A program made the translations under genes and the position numbers. Under the pieces are notes generated by a model. It worked only from the letters and a program-made list of their open reading frames with translations. It did no database searches and had not been told where the DNA came from. Below, in pieces: positions 1 through 9,770 of a stretch of 64,000 nucleotides of DNA (position 1 is the stretch's first letter; each line of letters opens with the position of its first letter). The DNA comes from Thermoplasmata archaeon. Lineage in GTDB: Archaea; Thermoplasmatota; Thermoplasmata; Lutacidiplasmatales; UBA184. Location of the stretch: positions 81,138 through 145,137 of the forward strand of contig JAKIWG010000001.1 of NCBI GenBank assembly GCA_022750155.1, in the 5' to 3' direction.

Positions 1-54
1 GTCACCTTTATCGGAGGCGTCGGTTAGCGCGACCGACACGAGGCGCGAGCGCTC

Positions 55-837
55 ATGGAAGGCAAATTCATCCGGACCCGAACCGAGGACCACGTCGGCT
101 ACATCGAGATCGCCAAGCCGAAGGCGAACACCTACGACATCCACATGATGCGCGAGATGGACGCCGCGCTCGAGGAGATGCGATTCAACGACGATGCGCG
201 CGTGCTCGTCCTCGCCAGCACCGTCCCCGGATTCTTCAGCGCCGGGGCCGACATCGAGATGCTCAAGGGCAGCCAGCCGGATTTCAAGGCGATGTTCTGC
301 CTGCACTGCCAGGAGACGCTCAACAAGTTCGCCAGCACCCCGAAGGTCGTCATCGCCGCGCTCAGCGGCCATACCGTTGGGGGCGGGCTCGAGATCGCCC
401 TCGCCTGCGACCTGAGGATGATGGCCAAGGACTCCGGGAAGATCGGGCTCCCCGAGGTCACGCTCGGAGTGCTCCCCGGGACGGGGGGGACCCAGAGGCT
501 CCCCCGGCTCATCGGAACGGCTCGGGCGCTCGACATGATGATCACCGGCAAGCTCCTGACCCCGGAGGAGGCGCTCTCGATCGGTCTCGTCAACTACGTC
601 TACCCGAAGGAGACGTTCGCGGCCGATGTCACGAACTACGCGAAGGCGCTCGCCCACGGACCCTCCCGCGCGGTCTCCCTGATCAAGCGGTCGGTCGCCG
701 AGGGGATCGAGATGACGCTCCCCGCGGGCCTCGCCCTTGAGCGGGAGCTGCAGAACCGACTGTTCGTCACCGAGGACGCGAAGGAGGGGCTCGCCGCCTT
801 CGTGGAAAAGCGCAAGCCCAGCTTTAAGGGGCGCTGA
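55..837 (+). CDS. Enoyl-CoA hydratase/isomerase (crotonase) family protein
   Basis: FSAGADI oxyanion motif, GGGLEIALACD, LPEVTLGVLPGTGGTQRLPRLIG, C-terminal AFVEKRKPSFKGR; both catalytic Glu positions present. Confidence 0.93.
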   Translation: MEGKFIRTRTEDHVGYIEIAKPKANTYDIHMMREMDAALEEMRFNDDARVLVLASTVPGFFSAGADIEMLKGSQPDFKAMFCLHCQETLNKFASTPKVVIAALSGHTVGGGLEIALACDLRMMAKDSGKIGLPEVTLGVLPGTGGTQRLPRLIGTARALDMMITGKLLTPEEALSIGLVNYVYPKETFAADVTNYAKALAHGPSRAVSLIKRSVAEGIEMTLPAGLALERELQNRLFVTEDAKEGLAAFVEKRKPSFKGR

Positions 838-862
838 CGCCTCGTATCCCTGGAAACCGGCC

Positions 863-1717
863 ATGCACGCCACCCCCCCTTCCGACCCGCTCGCGGCATC
901 GTCAACCCCCTCCGGGCCGGAGCTCTCGAAGAAGCTGAAGGAGGGCGGGACGATCGAGCCGGTGCGCGAGATCCTCTGGGGGGACTCGGCCGGGGGCCGC
1001 AAGTTCGAGACGGCCGAGGAGATCGCCCCGGAGATGCGCAAGCTGATCATCCGGCTGATGGTCGTCCAGGCGGACACCGAGTTCGCCTCCATCCAGCAGC
1101 ACCGGCCGTGGCTCGACAGCGCCCCCACGCTCGAGGACCGGTGGATCGAGGCCCGGATCGTGGCCGACGAGTCCCGCCACGGCCTGCAGGCCTGCCGGAT
1201 CCTCCGGGATTTCGGGGAGGAGGGCCAGAAGTACATCGACGAGCTCCTCGTCAAACGCGAGGGCGAGCACAAGCTCGACGCCTTCAACATGAAGTTCGAC
1301 CGGTGGTCGGACGTCGGAGCCTTCACCTGCTTCGTCGACCGGGTCGGGGTCTACCAGTTGCGCGCCTTCCAGGAATGCTCCTACGGCCCGCTCGCGCGCG
1401 CGATGCCGCTCATGCTCTCGGAAGAACAGCTCCACCTGAACTTCGGTTTCTCGGTCCTGAAGCGGATCGCCAAGGATGGCCCGAAGTACTACGGGTCGAA
1501 GGAAGAGGCCCAGAGCGCGGTCAACAAGTGGTACCCGAGGGCCCTCGACATGTTCGGCCACTCCCACTCGGAGACGAGCCAGAAGGCGATCGCGATGGGG
1601 CTCAAGCGATGGACCAACGAGGAGGCGCGAGCGCTCTACATCAAGGAGATCACCCCGCTCGTCGCCACGATGGGCCTCGAGCTTCCCTCCCCGGACTTCG
1701 ACCGACACATCCAGTAG
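863..1717 (+). CDS. Aromatic-CoA epoxidase diiron subunit (BoxB/PaaA-like, ferritin-like fold)
   Basis: QADTE, DESRH, FVDR and EEQLH diiron ligand pattern; AVNKWYPRALDMFG as in PaaA/BoxB; start re-called to ATG 863. Confidence 0.85.
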   Translation: MHATPPSDPLAASSTPSGPELSKKLKEGGTIEPVREILWGDSAGGRKFETAEEIAPEMRKLIIRLMVVQADTEFASIQQHRPWLDSAPTLEDRWIEARIVADESRHGLQACRILRDFGEEGQKYIDELLVKREGEHKLDAFNMKFDRWSDVGAFTCFVDRVGVYQLRAFQECSYGPLARAMPLMLSEEQLHLNFGFSVLKRIAKDGPKYYGSKEEAQSAVNKWYPRALDMFGHSHSETSQKAIAMGLKRWTNEEARALYIKEITPLVATMGLELPSPDFDRHIQ

Positions 1718-1815
1718 TTCCGCCGCACTCACTCCGCGGGCCCCGCGGTGTTCGGTAGCCTCCGCGGTTGGACCAAGACCCGCTCCCCCTCCGCCCGTCG
1801 GGCAGGTGGAGGGCC

Positions 1816-2835
1816 TCAGCCCCGGGTCACCCGGAGGATCCGTGGACCGGGCCCGGCGTGGAGCACGTGGGTCGCCGAGACACCGCGGATCGCCTGGATC
1901 CGTGCCCGAACTCTCGTCGCGTTCGCACGGAGCGTGAACACGTGGACATGGGCCCCCGCATCATGGGTGTAGCCGGCCACCGCCTCACCGCGGACCGCGT
2001 TCTCAAGCCGGACCGCCTCGAGCACCTCACGGGAGGTGCGGGTGAGATAGTTCAGCGACGGGGTGGTGGTCTCGCAGACGCGCCGGAAACTGTCGCACTC
2101 TTCCATGATGAGGGCGAATAGGGCCGGCCCGTTCCGGTTCTTCAGCGCGCGCCGCAGGGCGTCGATCCGCGCCGGCAGCTCCCGCTGGCGACGGGCGAAC
2201 TCGGCGGACGTGCGCACCGAGGCCTGCATCGCCGAGGCGGAACGGACCACCTTGGTGGGGGCGTTCGCGACGATCGCCACGACGTCCACGAGCTCGGGCC
2301 AGTGATGCTCGTCGAAGAGAGGACGCGCATAGCAGTCCCGACCGTCCGGCCGCGTGCCCCTACGCCATTCCACGAACCCTCCGAAGACCGACCGGCACGC
2401 GCTACCGGAACCGAGCCGGGCGAGTTGCGAGAGCTGACGCGGGGAGAGGTCGAGGCCGGCGGCGAGGGTGGCCGCCCCGGCGAGCGCGGCGAACCCGCTC
2501 GCGCTGCTCGCGAGCCCGCTCGCGGTCTGGAAGTTGTTCGTGGAACGGACCTCGGCGTGGTCGGTGACCCCCGAGAGATCGCGGACCCGGTCGAGAAAGC
2601 GGCGGACGTCCCCCAGGGGGCCGCCGCCCATGCGGACGCCGTTCAACCGGAACTCGTCGGCGGTGAGCCCGGGGCGGAACCGGACCCGGGTACGGCTCCG
2701 CAGCCGGTCGAGCGTCACGGAGATCGAGGAGTTGTACGGGAGGTTGCGTTCGGGGTCCCGGATCCCCCAGTACTTGATCAGCGCGATGTTGGGGGCGGTC
2801 TCGCACGCGGCGACGCCCGGCGGACTCCGCGGCAC
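1816..2835 (-). CDS. mvaD: Diphospho-/phosphomevalonate decarboxylase family (GHMP)
   Basis: NIALIKYWG, NSSISVTL, GLASSASGFAAL, GSGSACRS, YTHDAG with the catalytic Asp. Confidence 0.88.
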   Translation of the reverse strand: MPRSPPGVAACETAPNIALIKYWGIRDPERNLPYNSSISVTLDRLRSRTRVRFRPGLTADEFRLNGVRMGGGPLGDVRRFLDRVRDLSGVTDHAEVRSTNNFQTASGLASSASGFAALAGAATLAAGLDLSPRQLSQLARLGSGSACRSVFGGFVEWRRGTRPDGRDCYARPLFDEHHWPELVDVVAIVANAPTKVVRSASAMQASVRTSAEFARRQRELPARIDALRRALKNRNGPALFALIMEECDSFRRVCETTTPSLNYLTRTSREVLEAVRLENAVRGEAVAGYTHDAGAHVHVFTLRANATRVRARIQAIRGVSATHVLHAGPGPRILRVTRG

Positions 2836-2899
2836 CCTCTCGCTCCCGAGGCGAGAGGACGGCGCATACTACATATCCCCCGCGGAGGGTGGAAGCCCG

Positions 2900-3421
2900 A
2901 TGAGCGGTCCACCCCACGGGTCCGAGCCCCACCCGATCCGGCCGCCGAGGGATTGGAAGAGCGCGGCGCGGCTGGGAGGCTTCCACCGCGAGGTCGGCCT
3001 GACGATCGACCCCGAAGCGAGCGGCAATGGGGTGTGCGTCGTGCGGGGGACGGTCGAGCCGCGCCACCTGAACATCAACCAGATCGTCCACGGGGGGGTC
3101 TACGCGACGGCCCTCGACACGGCGATGGGGGCCGCCGTCGTCTCGCTCCTCTCCGAGGAGGAGGTCACCGCGACGACGAGCCTCTACGTCGACTTCCTCC
3201 GACCCGCGCGGCTCGGCCAACGCCTGATCGGCCGGGGGGAGGTGGTCCGACGGGGGCGCCACCTCGCCTTCGTGCGCGGCACGCTCACCGACGGCGAAGC
3301 GCGACTGCTCGGCTCGGCGAGCGGGACGTGGTACATCTGGTCGATCGGGGACGGGACGTGGGGCCAGGGGCCGAAGAAGCCGCGCCCGGAGACGCCGTCG
3401 GCTCCCCGGTCGCGTCGCTAG
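2900..3421 (+). CDS. PaaI family hotdog thioesterase
   Basis: HLNINQIVHGGVYATALDTAMG and VDFLRPA motifs; start re-called to ATG 2900, downstream of a TACATAT box. Confidence 0.88.
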   Translation: MSGPPHGSEPHPIRPPRDWKSAARLGGFHREVGLTIDPEASGNGVCVVRGTVEPRHLNINQIVHGGVYATALDTAMGAAVVSLLSEEEVTATTSLYVDFLRPARLGQRLIGRGEVVRRGRHLAFVRGTLTDGEARLLGSASGTWYIWSIGDGTWGQGPKKPRPETPSAPRSRR

Positions 3422-5865
3422 GGGTATCGGCGGGCCAGGCCCGCGGTGACCCCAAGGACCGCGAGCCCCTTGGCGATTCCCCGGTCCGACTCCGGCCAGG
3501 CGTGGTCCCGAACGAATCGCTCGACGCTCCGCTCGTTCCCGAGCCCGAGGAACGGAACGGTCCGCTCGAGGATGTCGCCCACGTACCCCGTCCCCGGGAA
3601 GTCCTGGGAGATGCCGTCCAGGTTCCGGGTGAGCCATTCGAAGGTGACGCGTCGGGCGTCCGGATTCATCGCGCAGCGCCAGAGGAGCCCCGGGATGTGG
3701 CCCCGGTTGACCGACGGGGTCCGGAGGAGGTCGAGGGTGGCCCCCAGGAGCGAGGGGTCCGGAAACGCCGTGAGGGCCACCTCGAGGAGCGACGCCCCCC
3801 CTTCGTCCTCGGTCGCACGGAGCCGTTCGACGATCTCGGCGTGCTCCCGGGCGCCCCCGCACCGCGCGTAGGCGATCGCCGCAGCGCCCTTCAGGTCCGG
3901 GTCGAGGGTGTCCCACTCGGAGAAGCGGGCGGCGAACTCGCGGGCGAACTCGAGGTCGTTCCAGACGAGACCTCGCGCGACGATGGCGCGGAGCTGACCA
4001 TTGGTGGAGGGCTCCCCAGGGGCCTGATGCTCGACGAGCCGATGATACTGTTCGTGGAAGAATTCCCCCGTGACCTCGTGGAACCGGGCGTTCCGGCCGA
4101 TGACGAACTCGAGCCCCACCGGTTCGCGGGGGGAAGCCCGTCCGACCAGCTCCCGGGCGACCTCCTCGACGACCAGTCGCTCCTTCGACCGCGCGCTCTG
4201 GCCGACGAACCCCAGGTACCGCTCGAGGTCGACGTCGCCGGAGAGGAGGAACGCGTACAGATCCACCAGCAGGCTGAACCTCGAGAGCGCGGGAAGCAGC
4301 GGGAATCGCTGGGCGAGGCGATCGTACCCGGCGGGCGGGTAGAGGGTCCGGTAGAATCCCAGGGCGTCGCGGTTGAGATGGTACGCGACGCCCTCGGGGG
4401 CGGGGACCTCGAGCTCCTCGGTATCGAACAGGAACGTGCGGCTCGCCCCGTCCACGTCGGCGAACACCGGGATCGGCCACGGGGGCGCCGAGGCGGCGCC
4501 GTCCATACGGAAGGGACGCTGGCGGAGCCTCAGCCCTCGCGCGTCCTCGTTCACTTCGATGACGGGGAGCCCCCCGCGGCCGATCCACGCCTCCAGGAGC
4601 CGGCCCACGGGTAGACCGGAGACCTGCTCGAGCGAGTTCCACAGGTCGGCGCCGCGCGCGTTCCCGTACCGGAACTTCTCCAGGTACGATTGGACCCCGC
4701 GCCGGAACACTTCCTCGCCGAGGTACCCCTCCACCATCCTCAGCACGCTCGACCCCTTGCCGTAGCTGATCTCGTCGAAGATCTGTGCGATCTCCGAGGG
4801 GTCCGAGACCGGGGCGGCGACGGGGTGGGTGCTCGACAGCGAGTCGCCGAAGAGGCCGGTGGCCGTCCAGCCGAGGACGAACTCGTCGAAGCGGCGGGAC
4901 TCCGGATGGACCCGGGAGAGGATCCGCGGTTCCATGAGCGTCGCAAAGCTCTCGTTGAGCCAGATGTCATCCCACCACGCCATGGTGACGAGGTTCCCGA
5001 ACCACTGGTGGGCGACCTCGTGGGCGATCGTGGTCAGCGTGTCGTCGCGTTGCGAGGTCGTCGTCCTCGCATCGACGAGCAGTCGCATGTCCCGGAACGT
5101 GATCGCCCCCCAGTTCTCCATCGCTCCGAACCCAAGTTCCGGGACCGCGATCAGGTCGAGCTTCGGGAGCGGGTAGGGGATCCCGAAGTACCGCTCGTAC
5201 GCCGGCAGGATGAGCGAGGTCGCCTCCAGGGCGAATCGCCCGGAGCCCGCCCGGCTCTTCGGGAGGGCGACTCCGAGGCGGACGCGGCCGGAGGCGTCTT
5301 CCTCCCGCAGGAACGGGCCGATCCCGAGGTACATCAGGTACGTCGGCATCGACGGCGTCGGCGTGAACGTCCACCGGCGCCGTCCGGCTGCCTCCTCTTG
5401 GTGGGTGGATGGGGTGTTGAAGATCACGTCGAGGTCCGGGTCGGTCGTCAGGTCGAGCGTGATCACCGCGCGGCGGTCCGGCCGGTCCACGCACGGGAAG
5501 ACGCGCCGGGTCGCCGTGGCCGCGCACTGGGTGGTCAGCACCGACCCGTCTCCGAATTTCGACCGGTAGAGCCCGTAGAGACCCTTTTCCGCGACGCGAC
5601 CGGCGAACTCTACGTGGAGGGTTCCAGCCCCTGCCGACGTCCCCTGGACGTGGATTTCCTCGAGGGCAGGTAGGAGAGTGTGGGGGGTGGGCTGGCCGTT
5701 CCACGTGACCGACCCGATCGAGAGGTCGACGCTGTGGAGGGCCACGGTGGGTCCGGTCGCTTCGAGGTCAATGTCGACGCTCCCCCGGAAGGCGCCGGAC
5801 CGGAAGTCCACGTCGAGGGTCAGGCGATATTCGCGGACCCGGGAGGGGAACGGAGGATCGGTCAT
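3418..5865 (-). CDS. M1 zinc aminopeptidase (tricorn-interacting factor F2/F3-like)
   Basis: GAMENWG, HEVAHQWFGNLVT, WLNESFA, ISYGKG; alternative GTG start at 5895. Confidence 0.93.
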   Translation of the reverse strand: MTDPPFPSRVREYRLTLDVDFRSGAFRGSVDIDLEATGPTVALHSVDLSIGSVTWNGQPTPHTLLPALEEIHVQGTSAGAGTLHVEFAGRVAEKGLYGLYRSKFGDGSVLTTQCAATATRRVFPCVDRPDRRAVITLDLTTDPDLDVIFNTPSTHQEEAAGRRRWTFTPTPSMPTYLMYLGIGPFLREEDASGRVRLGVALPKSRAGSGRFALEATSLILPAYERYFGIPYPLPKLDLIAVPELGFGAMENWGAITFRDMRLLVDARTTTSQRDDTLTTIAHEVAHQWFGNLVTMAWWDDIWLNESFATLMEPRILSRVHPESRRFDEFVLGWTATGLFGDSLSSTHPVAAPVSDPSEIAQIFDEISYGKGSSVLRMVEGYLGEEVFRRGVQSYLEKFRYGNARGADLWNSLEQVSGLPVGRLLEAWIGRGGLPVIEVNEDARGLRLRQRPFRMDGAASAPPWPIPVFADVDGASRTFLFDTEELEVPAPEGVAYHLNRDALGFYRTLYPPAGYDRLAQRFPLLPALSRFSLLVDLYAFLLSGDVDLERYLGFVGQSARSKERLVVEEVARELVGRASPREPVGLEFVIGRNARFHEVTGEFFHEQYHRLVEHQAPGEPSTNGQLRAIVARGLVWNDLEFAREFAARFSEWDTLDPDLKGAAAIAYARCGGAREHAEIVERLRATEDEGGASLLEVALTAFPDPSLLGATLDLLRTPSVNRGHIPGLLWRCAMNPDARRVTFEWLTRNLDGISQDFPGTGYVGDILERTVPFLGLGNERSVERFVRDHAWPESDRGIAKGLAVLGVTAGLARRYP

Positions 5866-5977
5866 CGTTGCTTCCGCTTCGGTGGACAGTCCCACCGCGG
5901 GCAGCGCGCTCCAGTCCGGTCAGGGGATTATGATTGCCGCCGACGGGGCGTCCGACGGTGAGGCTTCGCGACCAACG

Positions 5978-5984
5978 TTAAATA
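5978..5984 (+). promoter_or_regulatory. TATA box of the 5S rRNA gene
   Basis: TTAAATA about 22 nt upstream of the 5S 5' end in a GC-rich context. Confidence 0.75.
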
Positions 5985-6005
5985 TCTCGCCCCGGTGGGA
6001 AATCC

Positions 6006-6128
6006 GGCTGACGGCCAAAGCGGCGGGGAAACACCCGGTCCCATTCCGAACCCGGAAGTTAAGCCCGCTGGCGTTTCGCGCTGTACTGAAGTACGCGAGT
6101 CTACGGGAACCGCGGAAAGCTGTCAGCC
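6006..6128 (+). rRNA. rrf: 5S ribosomal RNA (stand-alone)
   Basis: ACACCCGGTCCCATTCCGAACCCGGAAGTTAAGCC core, TGTACTG...GGGAA, terminal helix GGCTGACGGC/GCTGTCAGCC. Confidence 0.97.
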
Positions 6129-6223
6129 TCCCTCTTCTCCGCATGGGATCGCGGGCGACTGCTCGGTGAGGGGCGTTCCGCGCCGACCGAGCGGTTAAAT
6201 CTCCCCCGAAGGTCGCGCGAGCC

Positions 6224-7144
6224 GTGTGGCTCGGGGCGCACGTCGGAATCTCGGAAGGATTGCCGGAGGCTGTGTCCAGCGCCCGAGGGATCGGGTGCGA
6301 AGCGATCCAGATCTTCTCGAAGAGCCCGCAGATGTGGAAGGGCCCCCCGATCGCGGGCGACGCCGCCGAGGCGTTCCGAGGGGCGATGAAACGGGAGGGG
6401 CTGCGCTCCTCCGCGGTCCACCACGGATACCTGATCAACCTCGCCACCCCCAAGCGCCCCATGCTCGAGCTCTCGCGACGCACGTTCGTCGACGAACTGC
6501 AGCGGGCCGAGCTGCTCGGGGTGGAGCACCTGATCTTCCACCCCGGCGCCCACCTCGGTTCGGGCGCGGCGGCCGGGCTCGTCGCGCTCGGCGAGAGCCT
6601 CAACTGGGCGTTCGATCAGACCCCAGGGCTCCGGGTGAAAGCGCTCCTGGAGAACGCCGCCGGACAGGGCACGGCGATGTGCGCGACGTTCGCCGAGCTC
6701 GGGGAGGCCCTGCGCCGGGTCACCGACCGCTCCCGGGTGGGCGTGACCCTCGACACCTGCCACCTGTTCGCGAACGGCATCGACTTCCGGACCCCCGAGG
6801 GGTACGGGGCGATGATCGACGAGGTCGAACGCGAGGTGGGCACGAAGGAGGTGCGCGCCTTCCACCTGAACGACGCCAAGGCCGACCTGGGCTCCCATCT
6901 TGATCGTCACGAGAACATCGGAAAGGGATTCATCGGCGCGGAAGGGTTCCGGCCGCTGCTGAACGACGCGCGGTGGACCGACCGTGCCGGCTACCTGGAG
7001 ACGCCGCTCGCGGAGGGGGAGAAAGGGTACGCCACGTACGCGACCGACCTCGCCGCCCTCCGCGCCCTCCTCGAAGTTCCCGCCGCCCGGGGGAAGGCCG
7101 TGGTCGGGCCGACCGGTCGGCGCCGCCCCGCAAGGACGAACTAA
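6224..7144 (+). CDS. nfo: Endonuclease IV (AP endonuclease)
   Basis: LGAHV, HHGYLINLA, FHPG, LLENAAGQG, LDTCH, HLND, DRHENIG, LETP; TTAAAT box about 25 nt upstream. Confidence 0.95.
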   Translation: MWLGAHVGISEGLPEAVSSARGIGCEAIQIFSKSPQMWKGPPIAGDAAEAFRGAMKREGLRSSAVHHGYLINLATPKRPMLELSRRTFVDELQRAELLGVEHLIFHPGAHLGSGAAAGLVALGESLNWAFDQTPGLRVKALLENAAGQGTAMCATFAELGEALRRVTDRSRVGVTLDTCHLFANGIDFRTPEGYGAMIDEVEREVGTKEVRAFHLNDAKADLGSHLDRHENIGKGFIGAEGFRPLLNDARWTDRAGYLETPLAEGEKGYATYATDLAALRALLEVPAARGKAVVGPTGRRRPARTN

Positions 7145-7174
7145 AGAGGCTCCTCCGCGTCGGCGCGACTGGCG

Positions 7175-8122
7175 ATGGAGTCCCGGCCGTTGACCCGTGC
7201 GGTCCGGAGCGGGGAGAGCCTCGTGAGTGCCTGCGACGAGGCGGTCACCGCGTTCGCCGCCCTCGATCCGGGGGTGGCGGTATTCTCGAACGCCGTCACA
7301 CCCGGATTCAATTCCGGGTTCGCCTCAAGGGTCCCAGAGCGGTTCTTCGCGATCCCGGGAGGAGGCCCGGCGCTGTTCGAGGCGGCGCTCCACCACGCCG
7401 CGGCCGGGGGAACCGCGTTCGCCTTCGTCGACGCCTCGGCGGTCGGCCAGCTCTCCTACGGATCGCTATGGGCCTGGCTCGGGGCGACGCGCGTCAACGT
7501 CAATCTCGTCGCACGGCACGCGGGGCTATCCTCCGAGGGCGAGTTTCGGGGGGTAGCCGCCGACATCGGCACGCTCCGGGGCATACCGGGGATGACGGTC
7601 GTCGTTCCGGGAGACGCCCCCACCGCGGGGGAGTCGATCTCGGTGCTCGCGCAGGTCGTCGGTCCCGCCTACCTGCGGGTCACGGACGCCCTGCTGCCCA
7701 GGGTCTCCGACGGGTCGCTCACGCTCGGGAGGGCGAATGAGCTCCGTCCCGGGAACGACCTGACGATCGCCGCGATCGGAAGCATGCTCGCCCCCGCCCT
7801 CGACGTGGCCGGGGAGTTCCACCGAGTCGGGGTCGAGGTCCGGGTGCTCGACATGGCGTCGGTGCAGCCCGCGGATTCGAAGTCGCTGCTGCGCGCGGCT
7901 CGGGAGACCGGGGCGATCCTGACGATGGAGGAGCATTCGACGTCGACCGGCCTCGGCGCCCTGGTCGCCACGATCACGGGCGAGGCGTATCCGGTTCCCG
8001 TCCGAAGGGTCGGGATCACTCCGGTCGCCGGGCTCTCGGCGCCCCCGGGGGCGGTCCTCTCGGTGGCCCACGCGACCGACGAGGCGTGGGAGCTGCTGAG
8101 GATGAGGGGCAAGGTTCACTAG
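7175..8122 (+). CDS. Transketolase C-terminal (pyrimidine-binding + C-domain) subunit homolog with degenerate active site
   Basis: [43 protein letters not shown] and TMEEHS retained; GIAEQ and DGxSHQ motifs absent. Confidence 0.8.
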   Translation: MESRPLTRAVRSGESLVSACDEAVTAFAALDPGVAVFSNAVTPGFNSGFASRVPERFFAIPGGGPALFEAALHHAAAGGTAFAFVDASAVGQLSYGSLWAWLGATRVNVNLVARHAGLSSEGEFRGVAADIGTLRGIPGMTVVVPGDAPTAGESISVLAQVVGPAYLRVTDALLPRVSDGSLTLGRANELRPGNDLTIAAIGSMLAPALDVAGEFHRVGVEVRVLDMASVQPADSKSLLRAARETGAILTMEEHSTSTGLGALVATITGEAYPVPVRRVGITPVAGLSAPPGAVLSVAHATDEAWELLRMRGKVH

Positions 8123-8154
8123 CCCCCGTGGGCTGGGGCGGGAGAGGTCGGCCG

Positions 8155-8802
8155 ATGAAGCTGTTTCTGGACACCGCGAGCATCGATGAGATCCGGCAGA
8201 TGTGGGGGCTCGGGATCCTGGACGGGGTCACGACCAACCCATCGCTGGTCGCCAAGGAAGGGCGGAAGTTCGAGGACGTGATCCGTGAGATCTGCGCCCT
8301 GGGGGTCCCTTCCGTCTCTGCCGAGGTCGTGGGGACGACCGTCGACGCGATGCTGGCGGAGGGCCGGCACCTCCGCCAGATCCATCCGGCGATCTACGTG
8401 AAGGTCCCGATGACCCCCGCGGGGCTCAGCGCGACGAAGATCCTCTCCGGGGAGGGCACGAGGGTGAACATGACCCTCGTCTTCTCGGCGAACCAGGCGA
8501 TCCTGGCGGCCAAGGTGGGCGCGGCCTACGTCAGTCCGTTCATCGGCCGACTGGACGACCAGGGTGAGGACGGGATGAAGCTCATCGCCGACATCGTGCA
8601 GATCTACCGGAACTACCACGTCAAGACCGAGATCCTGGTGGCGAGCGTGCGGCATCCGATCCACGTGCTCGACGCCGCCAAGCTCGGCGCCGATATCGCC
8701 ACGATGCCCTTCGCGGTGATGCAGAAGCTGCCGCTCCACCCGCTGACGGACATCGGCCTCGCCCGGTTCCTCTCCGATTGGCAGAAGGTCCCGAAGGGCT
8801 GA
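8155..8802 (+). CDS. tal: Transaldolase / fructose-6-phosphate aldolase (short type)
   Basis: [21 protein letters not shown] (Schiff-base Lys), [28 protein letters not shown]. Confidence 0.93.
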   Translation: MKLFLDTASIDEIRQMWGLGILDGVTTNPSLVAKEGRKFEDVIREICALGVPSVSAEVVGTTVDAMLAEGRHLRQIHPAIYVKVPMTPAGLSATKILSGEGTRVNMTLVFSANQAILAAKVGAAYVSPFIGRLDDQGEDGMKLIADIVQIYRNYHVKTEILVASVRHPIHVLDAAKLGADIATMPFAVMQKLPLHPLTDIGLARFLSDWQKVPKG

Positions 8803-8833
8803 GGCCCTCCCGCCTCAGCCGTGGTAGCGAGCC

Positions 8834-9145
8834 ATGACCTCGACCCCTGCGGGCGGAGCGGTGGCGGGCGAGGCGCTCCTCGAGCGGTACCTCCGCCTCA
8901 CCACCGAGGCGCTCGCCAAGGTCCGGCCCGCCCCCCCGAGCCGGTCGTTCCTCGCCGGGGCGTCCGAGGATTTCCTGTCGATGGCGCGCGCGTACCTCTC
9001 CGACGCCCACCATTTCCGGTCGAAGGGGGACCTCGAACGCGCGCTCGCCGCGGCGAGCTACGCCCACGGGTGGCTCGACGCCGGGGTCCGACTCGGCCTG
9101 CTCGATGGAGGGGACGATGACGTCCGATTCACCCCGTTCCGCTGA
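8834..9145 (+). CDS. DUF357 family protein
   Basis: MARAYLSDAHHF...SYAHGWLDAGVRLGL signature. Confidence 0.85.
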   Translation: MTSTPAGGAVAGEALLERYLRLTTEALAKVRPAPPSRSFLAGASEDFLSMARAYLSDAHHFRSKGDLERALAAASYAHGWLDAGVRLGLLDGGDDDVRFTPFR

Positions 9146-9770
9146 CCCGCCCGCGGCCCCCCTGTCCGAGCGGACCGTGGCGGCGATCGAAGGGCATCTC
9201 CGCCAGCGCGAGCTCCGCCGGGACGAGCTGTACGAACGGGCCCGCCGGCTGCGTCGGCTGGCCCAGGGGACGATGACCCGGCTCCACGAAGGCCGCGCGG
9301 AGACCCCCGAGCTCGCCGAGGTCCGCCGCGAGGCCCGGGATCTCGCCGAGTGGGTGCGGCGCGAGGCGCGCGGAGACGAGTCCCTGGCGCGCGACGCACT
9401 GCAGGAGAGCGTGGAAGCGTGCCTCCTCGGAGCCGTCTTCGCCCGTCTCCCGCTGCCGGGGCCGGACGAATTGGGCGTGGACCCGGAGGAGTACCTGCTC
9501 GGCCTCGGGGACCTCGTCGGGGAGCTCCGACGGCTCGTCCACCACCGCCTCTCCTCCGGGGAGCTCCCCCGGGCCGAGGAGTACCTGACGCTCATGGACT
9601 CGGTCTATCGGACGCTCATGCGCTTCGACACCACCCGCGGGATCGTCGCCTTGAAACCGAAACAGGACAGCGCGCGCGCCCTGCTCGAACGCACCCGCGG
9701 AGAGGTCACCATGGCGAGGCTCCTTTCCAGGGCCCACCTTCCGCCCGCCGTGCCCGAGGACCATCCGTGA
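9117..9770 (+). CDS. Translin/Trax (C3PO) family RNase
   Basis: QESVEA and EEYLLGLGDLVGELRR motifs, LKPKQD; GGAGG upstream of ATG 9117. Confidence 0.88.
   Translation: MTSDSPRSADPPAAPLSERTVAAIEGHLRQRELRRDELYERARRLRRLAQGTMTRLHEGRAETPELAEVRREARDLAEWVRREARGDESLARDALQESVEACLLGAVFARLPLPGPDELGVDPEEYLLGLGDLVGELRRLVHHRLSSGELPRAEEYLTLMDSVYRTLMRFDTTRGIVALKPKQDSARALLERTRGEVTMARLLSRAHLPPAVPEDHP

Noticed and set aside
6006..6128. 5S rRNA not linked to 16S/23S
   Set aside because: Unlinked rRNA genes are established for Thermoplasmata; useful for taxonomy but not novel.
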